64,000 bases of DNA from Octopus bimaculoides (GCF_001194135.2 NC_068982.1:121265435-121329434), one strand, 5' to 3'; positions 38,689 through 52,719 are shown, counted from the first letter of the stretch. The notes: generated from the letters alone by a model not told the origin. Numbers and translations are program-made.

Positions 38689-39579
38689 NNNNNNNNNNNN
38701 NNNNNNNNNNNNNNNNNNNNNNNNNNNNNNNNNNNNNNNNNNNNNNNNNNNNNNNNNNNNNNNNNNNNNNNNNNNNNNNNNNNNNNNNNNNNNNNNNNNN
38801 NNNNNNNNNNNNNNNNNNNNNNNNNNNNNNNNNNNNNNNNNNNNNNNNNNNNNNNNNNNNNNNNNNNNNNNNNNNNNNNNNNNNNNNNNNNNNNNNNNNN
38901 NNNNNNNNNNNNNNNNNNNNNNNNNNNNNNNNNNNNNNNNNNNNNNNNNNNNNNNNNNNNNNNNNNNNNNNNNNNNNNNNNNNNNNNNNNNNNNNNNNNN
39001 NNNNNNNNNNNNNNNNNNNNNNNNNNNNNNNNNNNNNNNNNNNNNNNNNNNNNNNNNNNNNNNNNNNNNNNNNNNNNNNNNNNNNNNNNNNNNNNNNNNN
39101 NNNNNNNNNNNNNNNNNNNNNNNNNNNNNNNNNNNNNNNNNNNNNNNNNNNNNNNNNNNNNNNNNNNNNNNNNNNNNNNNNNNNNNNNNNNNNNNNNNNN
39201 NNNNNNNNNNNNNNNNNNNNNNNNNNNNNNNNNNNNNNNNNNNNNNNNNNNNNNNNNNNNNNNNNNNNNNNNNNNNNNNNNNNNNNNNNNNNNNNNNNNN
39301 NNNNNNNNNNNNNNNNNNNNNNNNNNNNNNNNNNNNNNNNNNNNNNNNNNNNNNNNNNNNNNNNNNNNNNNNNNNNNNNNNNNNNNNNNNNNNNNNNNNN
39401 NNNNNNNNNNNNNNNNNNNNNNNNNNNNNNNNNNNNNNNNNNNNNNNNNNTATATATATATATATATATATAATATATATCATCATCATCATCATCATCA
39501 TTTAACGTCAGCTTTCCATGCTAGCATGGGTTGGACGATTTGACTGGGGACTGGCGAACCAGATGGCTACACCAGACTC

Positions 39580-39614
<35 letters not shown>

Positions 39615-39984
39615 GTGTTGTGTGTAACTACATAGATTTAGTTATATAGGTCATTATTGAATTGAAAAATCAAAAAAACAAAAAAAATATAATCAAAAAA
39701 TTTATCTCAAATAAGTTGACTACTTTTGTAGCCAGCTGTTGTGGACACATTAAAGTCAACATTTGTGGTAGTATTTGTTCGTGTTTATAGAAGGCAGAGA
39801 AGGAGGGCGCACTGGCCATAGCTTTTTTTCTTTCTCTTCTAAATATCTCATCTTGAACTCAGTGATAGTGAAGACATGTGGATAAGATCTGGGCTTACTA
39901 TTTAGGTTGAACTATCAACTACTGTGTGTAGTTGGGTATGTTTGTTTTTGTGTTAATCCTCAATCTGTGTGTGTGTGTGTGAAT

Positions 39985-40380
39985 GTGGTGCAGGTGTGGC
40001 TGTGTGATAGCTTGCTCCCTAACACATGGTTCTAGGTTCAGTCCCACTGCATGGCACCATGGGAAAATGTCTTCTACTATTGTCTTGGGCTGACCCAAAC
40101 CTTGTGAGTGGATTTAATTGACGGAAACTGAAAGAAGCCCATTGTATGTATATGTTTATGTGCGTCTTTGTGTCTGTGAATGTCCCCTCACTATCACTTG
40201 ACAACCGATGTTGGTGTGTTTAAATCGCTGTAACTTAACAATTCAGCAAAAGAGAATGATAGAATAAGTACTAGGCTCACAAAGAATAAGTCCTGGGGGT
40301 GATTTCTGCTACTGAAACCCTTTATGATGGTGCACCAGCATGGTCGCAATCAAATGGCTGAAACAAGTAATAAAATAATA
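39985..40380 (+). mobile_element. SINE family A, older copy
   Basis: Head, core and tail align to 20751-21210. Confidence 0.8.
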
Positions 40381-40818
40381 GAATATGTATATATGTTTTT
40401 TTTTTATCTTCCAAAACCAGTTTTTGTTTAATCCCAGATAGGCTTTCTGATCCTGCATGATCCTGGTCAAAGATGTTTCAGCTGTGACCAGACTATTTTT
40501 TATTGTGATATAGTGTAAATAGGACAATGTAATTTACATACTTGCTAGCATTAATGACTGTAACCGTTTTTGTTATTTATTTAGTCATAGGCCAACCCTG
40601 ATCTAGTTACCAGACATAATGTATCTTAGACTACATCATTCAAGGTGCCCTTCTATTTAAGATGGTATAATGTAATTTGTTAATTCTGGTGGTATGCATG
40701 ATATTGTTGAAACTTCCTGGATTATCTGTTTAATTTTAGATGTTCACACTTCTAGTTTAGCTCTTATTTACTGTCCTGTTGTCATTATACAACCTTATCC
40801 CAATACCCAGAATCCCTA

Positions 40819-41212
40819 GTTATTGTTGTTGCTGTTGGCACTCCATCGCTTGCGACGTCAAGGGTTCCAGGTGATCTGATCAACGGAATAGCCTGCTTGT
40901 GAAATTAACGTGCAAGTGGCTGAGCACTCCACAGACACGTGTACCCTTAACATAGTTCTCGGGGATATTCAGCGTGACACAGTGTGACAAGGCTGACCCT
41001 TTGAATTACAGGCACAACAGAAACAGGAAGTAAGAGTGAGAGAAAGTTGTGGTGAAAGAGTACAGCAGGGTTCGCCACCATCCCCTGCCGGAGCCTCGTG
41101 GAGCTTTAGGTGCTTTCACTCAATAAACACTCACAACACCTGGTCTGGGAATCGAAACCGCGATCCTATGACCGCGAGTCCGCTGCCCTAACCACTGGGC
41201 CATTGCGTCTCC
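40819..41212 (-). mobile_element. SINE family D, full length, with 14-bp TSD
   Basis: tRNA head on the minus strand, GGAGACGCAATGGCCCAGTGGTTAGGGCAGCGGACTCGCGG...GGTTTCGATTCCCAG. Perfect TSD ACCCAGAATCCCTA at 40805-40818 and 41213-41226. Confidence 0.9.
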
Positions 41213-41844
41213 ACCCAGAATCCCTAATACCCACCAATCAATAGATGTAAATTAAGTCTCAAGTTCTAATCTGTAGCTGCTGAAGATGAATGGAAACGAT
41301 TGTAGACAGGTCAACTTATGACTATATTACACTGAAACCAGTTTCTTTGTGTCATCACTGAAGTATGACAATGCCAAACTTAGATGGGTGACCTCTTGGA
41401 AGATTCACATACCATAAGCATCTACTTAAAGTGACAAGGGAGCTTCTGAACACTTTTTAAACTGCCAGAAATAGCTGCCAAATCATTCTCAATTCACAAT
41501 TCATTGTTTAGATGCATAATATCTGATTAAATGACTAGATTGTCATAACTGGAATGCCCTTGTCTCTCTCTCTCAGAGAGGCCCTTTAATATTAGATTTG
41601 TTTAATGTAGGGTGTTTATAGGGGCTAAACATCAATATTTTAGAAAGCTGATAGAAATATTGTGTATGTGTGTATAATGAAATATTATGTCAGTATCTAT
41701 AATGTAATGTCATCATTGATAATGCAATGTTGTATCAGCATATGTATTAAATGTTGTGCTAGAATATATAATGTAATGTTTCAGTATATGTAATGTAATG
41801 TCAGCATGTATAATGAAACATTGTGTTAGCAACAATGTAATTAA

Positions 41845-41980
41845 ACCTTCGAACAGATAGTCAGCAGCACCGCCTGGCTGGGGCTTGGCTGCTCTGCATT
41901 GGCAAGGGGCAACACCCTGAAACTAGTCTGCAGATGCCAAACCAGCAGGGGGACACTGCTGACCTCCCCTGTTCGAAGGT
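41845..41980. mobile_element. Short TIR element, possibly a piggyBac-type MITE
   Basis: ACCTTCGAACAG / CTGTTCGAAGGT TIRs with further internal symmetry (GTCAGCAG / CTGCTGAC). Flanks are TTAA and TATA. Confidence 0.55.
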
Positions 41981-43291
41981 TATAAAGGACACAGGTTTCG
42001 TGTGTCACATAGCTAGCTAGAGGCGATGGCTTCTTGGAGCTAATTCACGGCAGCTTTCGTCCTAATTTTGGGACTGCCATGTTGGCTTGGTGATAACTAT
42101 TAATTTCCAGTACCGCTGCCGTAGTCTCCTTTAGAGAGACTTAGAAATATTAATAACTCTCTCTCTCTCTCTTTCNNNNNNNNNNNNNNNNNNNNNNNNN
42201 NNNNNNNNNNNNNNNNNNNNNNNNNNNNNNNNNNNNNNNNNNNNNNNNNNNNNNNNNNNNNNNNNNNNNNNNNNNNNNNNNNNNNNNNNNNNNNNNNNNN
42301 NNNNNNNNNNNNNNNNNNNNNNNNNNNNNNNNNNNNNNNNNNNNNNNNNNNNNNNNNNNNNNNNNNNNNNNNNNNNNNNNNNNNNNNNNNNNNNNNNNNN
42401 NNNNNNNNNNNNNNNNNNNNNNNNNNNNNNNNNNNNNNNNNNNNNNNNNNNNNNNNNNNNNNNNNNNNNNNNNNNNNNNNNNNNNNNNNNNNNNNNNNNN
42501 NNNNNNNNNNNNNNNNNNNNNNNNNNNNNNNNNNNNNNNNNNNNNNNNNNNNNNNNNNNNNNNNNNNNNNNNNNNNNNNNNNNNNNNNNNNNNNNNNNNN
42601 NNNNNNNNNNNNNNNNNNNNNNNNNNNNNNNNNNNNNNNNNNNNNNNNNNNNNNNNNNNNNNNNATATATGTTATGTAGATAGGGTTAATCCAAGCTGTG
42701 TCCTCTTGAAGCACATCTGTTTATTCCAGTACTTTACAGTTGTATGCAGATAGTACAGTTGTATGCAGATAGTATATTTAGCCCCCTGTGGACAATAAAG
42801 AAATATATATATTTGTGTGGCGTATACATAAAAGTTGAAAATTCTGGAAAATGTTTTTTGCGGTGTAGTTATATGTGAAAACAGGAGATTGGAAGGAATT
42901 TTTGGTATTATTTATTCACCATTACACGTGTTTCATTTGCTAATGAGAGTTATAAAATTGTACATGTAAGAGAAACATGTAAATACATCTATTAGAAATT
43001 CTTCAGAAAGAGAATCAAATAATAATAAAATTCATATTTGGATGCAGCGTTTATATATAGTTTGTAATCAAGGGTCCTATAGATTGTTGGAGGGGAGAAT
43101 AAAGAACAAAACTAGAAATATAGAAAAGAGAGAGATTAATGTAATAAGTATACACACATATATACATATAAACCTGCATGTATACAAAAACATATATTCA
43201 AGGATATATGAGCATAAACACATATGTACGTAAAAATATACATGTTCACATGTATGTATGAGCAAACACACATGCACACACACATACATAC

Positions 43292-43337
<46 letters not shown>

Positions 43338-43856
43338 AGTGGTACAACAAGGCACCAATGTTTACTGGAAATAGCAGTCAATAATTTTATGACACTATAG
43401 TAAAGCTTCACTGTATATATGCTGGCAAAGATGTGTGCGGGAAGAACATTAGATAAATGGACAATCCAGAATTGGATAATCTAGTGCCTAGGTTTCAGGC
43501 TCTTCAAATACGTTTCTCATCGTAAATTTGATTAGTCTTCCTTAGATTTACCTGGGCGATATTTCAAATGTTGCTACATTAGTGCCAGTATACTATATAT
43601 ATATATATATATATACACACATTTATAGGACAAAGAAATCCTTTAACATATCTTTAATGATAAGTTACAATTGTTTCTGTACCAACTCTGTTTGCAATGC
43701 CAGTTTACACAGTATTTGAAGTGAAAAATTTACATAATATTTGCGACTTTAGACATTAGAGTGGCACTTTGGCAGATTTGCATAAAAGTTTGCTCTTACA
43801 TTGTACATCTTCCAGACATTGTTTTTTGCTTATATGTGTTTGTGTGTGTGTATGTA

Positions 43857-43930
<74 letters not shown>

Positions 43931-45056
43931 TACACTCATGCTTTTATACTTTCTTATTTACACCTACATGCACACATACACGTATATTCAGACAGATACT
44001 CATATATACATACATAGCCACAAAGATACATACACATATACATATTAACTAATGTATGAGCTAACACATATCTATACGCATGCACAAATATAACATACAT
44101 GCATTCATACATACATACATACACATAGACACAAACCTTTTATATACATATAATATAAGCTTAGATAAATTTGGTATATTGACACTGACATATGCACATA
44201 ATTAAAGACAAAAACACTCATAAATAAATAAATAAGAATTTAAATTAAGAAGATATATTAATATACAATCAATTTTAAACGCTGAATTTTAAATGATAGC
44301 ACATATTAAAAATAACAAAATGAAGTTTCTTTCACATATAATAGTTATTAATTCATGCAAAAAGAAACAGTGTTTTAAGCATCTGTATAAACATACATGC
44401 ATACACAAATATGCACACATATGTATGCTCTCTCTTGCACACAGAGGCAGATATGCAGTGACATATTCATATACATATGTATATACGATTTGAAGTAATA
44501 ATGGAAATTATTTAAAAAGTGCATGTTGTAATTATAGTTGTTCGTATTTTATTTAAACTATATCAAAATTAATGTGTAAACAATAATAACAACAATTTCC
44601 ATGAATTACAATAAAAATTACGTTATGTAATTTGAATTATATGTACAATTTTAGAAGTAAGGAAGAAAGAACTAGTGAATTACCATTACTCCAGTAAGTA
44701 ACTGGTATTAATTATACAGAAACCAGATCAATGAAATGCAATGATGACAAAAACAGTAAATTTGTTTTATGATTTTACTGATGATTTTTGTCAGCTCATC
44801 ATTTTATTGATAAAAGTAATATTAGCAGCAACTATAACAACAATAATAATAGTAGTAATGATACTGTTCAGTTTAATATTATATCGATTATATCATTATC
44901 ATATTTTATTGAATTATCCTAATTACTACTTTGGTAAAGGGATTATATACTTAATTATTGCATTTTATCATATAATTATTTCTGAAAAAATCTTAAGAAA
45001 AATATTTCTTAAGGGAAGCAAATTGCCTAAAATGTGTGCTTGTATGTACACACACA

Positions 45057-45088
<32 letters not shown>

Positions 45089-45139
45089 TTTGTATATAGA
45101 CTTTCATACATGCATGCACGCATACCTACAGATAACATA

Positions 45140-45338
45140 CATACATGCATGTTTTTTTTGTTTTTTTCCTCCATCTTCCTTTTCTCTTGGACTTTCCTCT
45201 GTCTACAGTTTCCGAAGAAGATCTTTGCTCAAAACGTAAAGCCACCTTTCTTTCCTTTCCTGAGCATCTGCTAATACTTTACATGTACCACATCCTCACG
45301 TTGTTGTTTTTTTGTGTTTGTTCTTCGTTTATTGGATT

Positions 45339-45345
<7 letters not shown>
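45140..45345 (+). mobile_element. Penelope-like terminal repeat, CpG-decayed copy with broken hammerhead (45207-45243)
   Basis: Aligns to the reverse complement of about 14318-14480. The motif reads CCGAAGA-A-GATCTTTGCTC-AAAA-CGTA, so GAAA has become AAAA. Confidence 0.7.
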
Positions 45346-45382
<37 letters not shown>

Positions 45383-46469
45383 TTATTTACATATACATAT
45401 ATATAGGTGTGTATATAAAAATATGTATATAAATATATGTATATGCATCCAATCTCCTGTTTTGAGATATGTTTTGAGATACACACACACACATGGCTAT
45501 CTAAACTTACTCCTTATTCACCTGCCAAATGTTAGCAATCCATGTCTGTAATATATACATTGTATAAGTATGGTTAAAAAGTTCACTTCCCAGCTACATG
45601 TTTTCAGGTTCATTCTGTGGCACCTTGGGTAGGTGTCTTCTAATATATCCCTTGGCCAACCAAAACCTCAGAAAGGATTCTGAAGAGAGAAACTGAAAGG
45701 GCCTACTCTGTGTGTGTTTACATTTGCCCTTTTCCAAAATTTGTCATTTCCCTTCTCAATAGGTCATCTATTGGCTTTGTGCCTTCGAAGGCATGTGGAA
45801 TAGGATATCATCCTTTATTTGAGAAATCGGTATGGGTCAGCTACAGAAAGAGCATCTGGTTGTATAAGAATTCCTCAATAATATATTCGTTTAACCTTGC
45901 TAACATGGAAGAATGGACATATAAATGAATGAATGAACAAATTCTGTGAAACAGAAGTCTGTGTGTGTGTCTGAAATGTTATATGTATGCAGTATTCTGT
46001 GAATGCACCGAGATGTATGTGTGATGCTAGGCCACTGGAATATATCTCTGGCTTTGATCACTCTGCCAATAAATAAATCAGCTTAGTTAAAAAGAACAAA
46101 AATGCAGTACATTATAATACTTTACAACACAGTACACATTACAATACAGTACATCGCTGTACAATGAATTACTAAATAGCATATTACAACACAATGCTGT
46201 TATTTTTTAAGTGAGGTTCCTTTCCATTGTATTAAGAAGTAAGGTAATAACTTCCATTGTTTTGAGAACCAGAGAAGTTGAGGATTATTTGGCTATTCTA
46301 ATATACATGTTTCCTTCCGAAATTAGGTATTGTTTTTTTTTTGTTTTGGTGGTTCTTTTATGGAATTTGAACAAAATGGATCTCTCATTTTCACATTGAT
46401 ATCTTAAGATTGAACTTAGAATCTGAGGGTTAGTAGCCCATACTCTTATTCACTATGCTATATGTTCTA

Positions 46470-46990
46470 TATAATCATTGACTGAATTTTAGGGCTTATA
46501 AACCTAGTATTTTATTGACAGAGAACACCACTGGAAAATATGAAAATTAAAAGAGGCTGCACATATGCTAGGACACAATAACCTCGAAGCAGACCTAGTG
46601 CAGATATGAATGTAATATGGGAACCAGTATTAAGAGAAGATAAAATACTAGGTTTATAAGCCCTAAAATTCACTCTATAATTGCCCATGGGCATATAGTG
46701 TAGTAGATAAGACTGCAGCTACTAACCCTCGGATTCTAAGCTCAATCCCAAGCAGGGACTTGGAAAGTAATATAACAGAAAAATAACATCAGCAACATAC
46801 ATTAGGAATGAGAACAATGTAGCCCATTAGTCAAGTAAAGGGTTGGGTTTGAAATTCCACCAGAACACCTGATGAAGGCTGGAGAGAACATCACCTGAAA
46901 TGTAATAACAACAAACAAGATGAGGACACCTATCCATCCATTGTATATAATGTACATAATCCCTCATCTCAAGAATATAGAATAGTATTT
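46470..46990 (+). mobile_element. Penelope-like terminus with decayed hammerhead (about 46864-46910) and a 31-bp inverted repeat
   Basis: AACAC-CTGATGA-AGGCTGG...TCACCT-GAAA-TGT followed by AACAAACAAGATGAGGAC. Perfect inverted repeat at 46483-46513 / 46642-46672. Confidence 0.55.
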
Positions 46991-47369
46991 AAAAATATAA
47001 TTGAAGATATATATTAAAAATTCTGTTCTACATAAGTATGATTAATAAAACAAAAGGAACAAGCATGGCATAGATGCCAACATGACTCTGTGATTGAGAA
47101 GTTCACTTCACGACTATGTGATTTTGGGTTAAATCCCACTAACACCTTGGCCCTTTTACTATACCTCTGAGGACACCTATCCACCCATTGTAAATAATGT
47201 ATATATTTTTAAAATCTGTAATAAATCTAGATGCCCTATTGTTGTGCATTGTCTGAGAACTACTGATTTAGAGTATTGGCTCTAATTATTTATGTAGAGT
47301 ATTGGAACTAATTAGTTTAATTAGAACATTGAAACTGATAAGTTTATATAATACTGAAACTAAAGAGCT

Positions 47370-47725
47370 TGTGTGGAGTGTTGGGGTTTCACCGTTCAAC
47401 CTTTCAAGGTTGATAAAATAAAGTACCATCAAATACTGGGATTGATGATATTGAGCATTCCCCTATCTCTCAAAATTGTTAGTCTGGTGCCTAAATCAGT
47501 AATCATAAAGAGGCAAGCTGGCAGAATTGTTAGAGTGTTGGAAAAAATGATTTGTAGTATCCATTTTGGCTCTTTACATTCTGAGCTCAAATGCTGCCGA
47601 AGTCAGTTTTGCTTTTTATCCTTTTAGAGTCTGCAAAATAAAGTACTTAGTCAAGTACTGAGGCTGATGGTATTAACTAACCCCTTCCCCTCAAAATTAC
47701 TGGTCTTTCCATATGCAGAAATCAA
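47370..47725 (+). mobile_element. Old SINE family C fragments in tandem
   Basis: GCTGGCAGAATTGTTAG...GAGCTCAAATGCTGCCGAAGTC...AAAATAAAGTAC. A minus-strand copy lies at about 49215-49400. Confidence 0.7.
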
Positions 47726-48649
47726 TGGTTAACAGGTTGTGCAGAGGATGAGGCTGAAAGGATTGCAATAAACATGTTTCTCATTGGCCAAGCCTTCATC
47801 AACTTTTTTCAAGTTCCACTTGAAAAGGACACTGAAAGTGGAGATAGAGACACTCTTCTCCAGTAAATTTGTCAAAAGGCTGGTGATTTTGGCATAAATG
47901 CTTAGAGGGGATGAAACTACTGTAAACATGCATGTGTAGATTATAGAACTGCAGTTGGAAGAGAGTATGTGACCTAGGTAGGATTGCTTGATTGGGGCCC
48001 TGGTTAGAAGCCCTTTTGTATCATATTTTTTGTACTATTTATTCTCTTCATCTCATTTCCCTCTTTTTTTTTTTATCTCCTCACCCAGGTTTATGTAAAA
48101 CCACACAAATTGTAACATATCTTTGTAATATTCCCCCTTCATCTAACTCCAATGTTGCTAAGAAAACAAAATCATCATCATCATTGCCATTGCCATCATA
48201 ATCATCATTATTATTAGTGAGGGAGATGGATTAGCAGAAGCGTTAGTGTTGGATGAAATATCTTGCAATACTTGATCTGGCGTTTTACATGTAACACTTG
48301 GGAAGACTTCATATTAACCTTTCATTTTCTGTAATTTTATTAAGTCTCACCTTAGCATGGTCTAATGTAACTGACCTTTGCCTGGTCTATCTGCTCTGTT
48401 GGAACTGATCTTGGCTTGGTCTGTTTTAACTAACACTTGCTTAGTCTAACATAACTGACCTGATGTGTGGGATTTTATCCTTGGTTAATAATATTTTATT
48501 GGATTTCAATCTTGCTTGATTTATTTCACCACCACCACTATCACAACCACCCACTGCCAACCCTATTACCAACACCATCATCATTATTATTATTCTCCTT
48601 ACCATCATCGTCAATATTGAAATCTCTTTAAATACTAATCTACTTGCAG

Positions 48650-48686
48650 TTGTGATCAGCCATTATGGTATTATGAGGCGAAGGAG
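48650..48686 (+). CDS. Candidate internal exon (37 nt)
   Basis: Branch-point-like CTAAT plus acceptor CTACTTGCAG/ and donor GAG/GTCAGT. Open as VISHYGIMRRR (phase 1 in, 2 out) or CDQPLWYYEAKE (phase 2 in, 0 out). Retains a CpG. Confidence 0.3.
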
Positions 48687-49639
48687 GTCAGTTTTGAATG
48701 AGAGTAAACCTTACTGACTGAACAGAATACATACACATACACGTACATACACACACCATGCATTTACATAAACTGATATAGGCACAGGCTTAAGTATGCA
48801 GTGACTCACAGACTGACACGCATGCTTACACACACAGATCCACATTCACAGGCACACACACACACACACACACTATTTATAACACACGTCATACACACAT
48901 ACATACAGACAGTGTATACATATACATTATGTCCTAACATGCATCCACACACCACACATATACCGATACACACAAACTCATATACGCACACACACATACA
49001 TGTGTGTTGTGTATGGGGTGGGGTGTATGTTTGTGTAAGCAAGTGTGTTTAACTTTTATTCTACTAGTCTCATGATGGCAATACTTATATGTTGACAACT
49101 TAAAGCCCCCTATACAATATACTTAAAAGAATATGGTGTAGTTGATTATTAAACATTTAGAGCCTTTTCCATTCTTAACAAGTTGGTTATTAACCATTTA
49201 AAGCATCCTGTACCATATATTCTTTTCTATTCTAGGCACAAGGCCCGAAATTTTAGGGGAGGGGACCAGTCGATTAAATTGACTCCAGTACACAACTGGT
49301 ACTTAATTTATCGACCCCGGAAGGATGAAAGGCAAAGTCGACCTCAGCGGAATTTGAACTTGGAATGTAAAGACAGACGAAATACCGCTAAGCATGTCGC
49401 CCGTGGTTACCTCAGCCATTGCTATGGCGTATGATGACCTGGTCTTGCATGAGACCCAGGTTCAACTGGCTTCAGGCACACTGCCTTCAGCTTCAAAATT
49501 CTTGGATGGTAACCAGACTGAGAAAGGAAGAAGGATGAAGTGCATGGCCAGCAACCTTACCGCCAGTATTCAAATTGCTACAGCAATTATAAATAAATTC
49601 AATGATTCATTAACAGTCTAGTAAGGAGACTGGGTTTCC

Positions 49640-49930
49640 TTGAGGATGAGGTTGGGACTCCTGACAAGCCAGATACTCTATGTCAAGGACATCACAAAAG
49701 TGACCACCTGGTTATCTGGGATGTCTGCACTTTTCTTGAAGTGGACAACTGAAACAAGAGACTCAAGAGATGGCTTCCTACAATTTCATTAGATATCCTG
49801 AGGTATCAGCAAGATACATTGGATAGACCATAGAAGCATCAGCAGTGAAGATAAGGCAGTTCTATATGTTATCCAGGAGAAGCATTATACTTGAGGAATT
49901 GGCATCATTTTGAGTTGGCATGCTTTGATG
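49640..49930 (+). mobile_element. Degraded RTE endonuclease N-terminal fragment
   Basis: Reads ...GISKIHWIDHRSISSEDKAVLYVIQEKHYT*GIGII, resembling the LGISE-RW...GVGII region of APE endonucleases. Heavily mutated. Confidence 0.45.
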
Positions 49931-50899
49931 TTCCATGGGAAACAGGAAAGACTAATATCATGTGCTTAATAGAATACAGTTTAGATGGTTATTTCTGTTT
50001 ATCCACCAACTACACCAGACTTACCTATGTGTGTGTGAATAAATGAATATGTGCATGGTATTGTGTGTGTAAATGTCATTTTGTGTAGATTAGTGTGTGC
50101 GTGTGTATGTGCATGGCTTTTTGCATTGGTAATTGTTTGTATGATAGTATGTTTAGAGCAGTATGAGTGTGAGGGTGTGGTTATTTAGAGCAATGTGAGT
50201 GTGTGGCTTTGTGGGTGAATACCTGTGTGGTTTTGCGTGGGATAATTTCTATGTGTGTGTAGATGTATATGTGTGGTTCTCTATGGAAAATATTTGTGTG
50301 TGTGTGGTTCTGTATCGAAAATATTTGAGTATGTGAACATGTGTATAAAATATATCAAATAATGTTAATTATTAATCTCATATAAAAGTGTGATAAATAG
50401 TGAAAAGTAAATGAATGAAAGAAATATGCACATATATATAGCCATACACTGATGTACTTATTTCTTATCTTACACATACACACAACCACACACACGCACA
50501 CGTGTGTCTGAGTGTTTGCATGTACATACTTATATAGGCATTAACATACACACAGAAACATACTTTCCTGTATGAATACATACATAATATGTTTTACAGT
50601 TCATTCTAAGACAAAATATTGAAAACAATGAAAACCATTAGCTTATTTCCACTGTCCTACATTAAATATCTTTAGAATTTCTTTTAGAAGCAATATTTCA
50701 ATTTCAGTTCTTCAGTGTATCATACATCACCATACATTACCTTGTATTACTATATAGTTCTATAGAGTATACTACCATATGCTTATACCACACATTAGTT
50801 TGCATTACCATATAACACCATAGTTATACTAGGCACTTACGTATGTATGTATATATTACCATACAGTTCCACAGAAATGGAGCTTAAAATTTTTAGAGG

Positions 50900-51520
50900 A
50901 AGAAACATTTTTCTTTTCATTTCTCACTTTCTCCTCTGCCCCCCCCCCATCCCTCTATTTCCCATTCAATTTCTCTGTCTCTCTTCTCTCTCTTTCCCTC
51001 ATTCGATCTCTCTCTCTCTGTCTCTCTTTATTGCAGTTGTGATGTTTTTTTCTTTCTGTCTTTATTTCTCTGTTACTTTCCCTCCCTTTCTCTCCTTTTC
51101 CCTCTCTCTCTCTTTCTCTCTCTCTCTCTCCAATTCTTTCTCCCTTTTCAATGTCCTTCTTTTGTCTTTTATCTTTCTTTCCCATTTTTGTATTTTCTTT
51201 CCTTCTTTTTCTTCTTCACTACTCAGTCTTTCTTTCTTTCATTCTGTTACTCCCTCCTCCTTCTCCTCCTCCTCCTCATCATCATTATTATTATTATCAT
51301 TTCACTTCAAAAACAACCTTTAATTATTTCTCTATTACAAAAGCTCCGAAAATGTGCTGCACTCTCTCAACCTTCTCTCGCTCTCTTGCCTCACTCCTCC
51401 CCCAACAACAACAACAACAACAACAGCAATAATAATAATAATAATAATAATAATAACGATGATGATGATGATAATATCAATAATATTAATAATGCTGATG
51501 ATGATGCTTAATAAACTGAA
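50900..51520. repeat. Low-complexity polypyrimidine/(CT)n, (CAA)n, (AAT)n and (GAT)n tract
   Basis: Directly visible simple repeats; they account for several ORF-track entries. Confidence 0.9.
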
Positions 51521-52272
51521 AGGTTTTTGCCTGCAGTAACAATAAAATGGGATTTATAGAGGAATTAAGAAAACCTTGGTTTATTTGAAGGAGATTAACT
51601 TTGTACTAGAACAATATTGTAATTATTATTGTAGTTGTTGTCATAGTTGATGTTGCTGTTGTAGTTGTTGTTATTATGGTATATTCTTTTTTATCCTGTT
51701 AGAAAACTCATTGTTTTAGAAATTTTGCAAAGAAAACAAAAAATCAAGATAAAAGCATCTTTTAATCTTCCATAATTCAGAGGAATGGATGTTGCGAATG
51801 AATAATTGTATGTGTGTGTATGTGTGCATGACTATGGATGACGTGTGTGTGTGTGTGGATGTACGTGTATGTGTGGATGTACGTGTGTGTGTGTGTGTGG
51901 ATCACTGTATGGATGCACATGTGTGAATGAATGTATGTTTGATTGTGTGTGTATGTGCTTGATTATGTATAGTTATTTTGTTCTGTCTAAGGCTGACAAA
52001 AGCAACAATAATAATTATGCAAGCAACAAAATAAAAATTACAATAATAATAATAATAGAAAGAAATACATAAAATAAAGATGTCATCTTATTGGCTGGCT
52101 GAAATAGTTGACACCTCTCACTTGCATTGGCTTCCTAATATTCTTCAAGCGGTAGTGGTGACTATAATGATGATGATGATGATGATGATGGTTGTGGTGG
52201 TGGAGGAGGAAAGAGAAAAAGAATTAACCTGTTTTTTTTTTTACTTTACAATGTTTAAATGTTGTTATAAAG

Positions 52273-52313
52273 GAAGGATCGCTATCAATTAGCAGACATT
52301 GTTGCCAGGAAAT
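52273..52313 (+). CDS. Candidate internal exon; the 3' end could instead be 52341
   Basis: TTAAC plus a poly-T tract with no intervening AG before the acceptor at 52272. The phase-2 frame is open as KDRYQLADIVARK(CSTTSTARI). Donor options are weak. Two CpGs are retained across the longer version. Confidence 0.3.
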
Positions 52314-52557
52314 GTAGCACCACAAGTACCGCAAGAATTTGGTGACTTGACATTTCTAATGCTTTCCTTTTATTCTTTCATTAATCATTATCGTTGGACT
52401 GCAATCATGCTGGGAAACTACCTCTAAGTGTTTGTGTTGATATCGTCCAAGTACCCTAGTATTTGTTTCAGTTTTGATTTTACTTTATCAGTTTGTATTT
52501 GTCAAGTGGTTAAGTTAGATTTTTGACAGCATTACTAACGTTGTATCAAGCAAAAAC

Positions 52558-52719
52558 TGAGTGGCTGTGTGGTAAGTAGCTTGCTTACCAACCACATGGT
52601 TCTGGCTTCAGCCCCACTGCATGGTACCTTGGCAAGTGTCTCCTATAGCCTCAGGCTGACCAAAGCCTTGTGAGTCGATTTGGTAGACAGAAACTGAAAG
52701 AATTTGTTCTATATATATG

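Noticed and set aside
45209-45235. Apparent 27-nt exon (strong acceptor, GTAAAG donor; VSEEDLCSK or FPKKIFAQN)
   Set aside because: It is the decayed hammerhead of a repeat that also occurs at 14.3-14.5 kb, and the pyrimidine tract belongs to that repeat.
44741-45274. 177-aa hydrophobic ORF, and the similar 158-aa ORF at 50847-51323
   Set aside because: AT-rich or pyrimidine-rich low-complexity and microsatellite sequence that avoids stops by composition.
47718-47845. Open frame NQWLTGCAEDEAERIAINMFLIGQAFINFFQVPLEKDTESGDRDTLL with a GTAAAT donor
   Set aside because: The acceptor is supplied by a SINE tail and no family is recognised. Not supportable as an exon.
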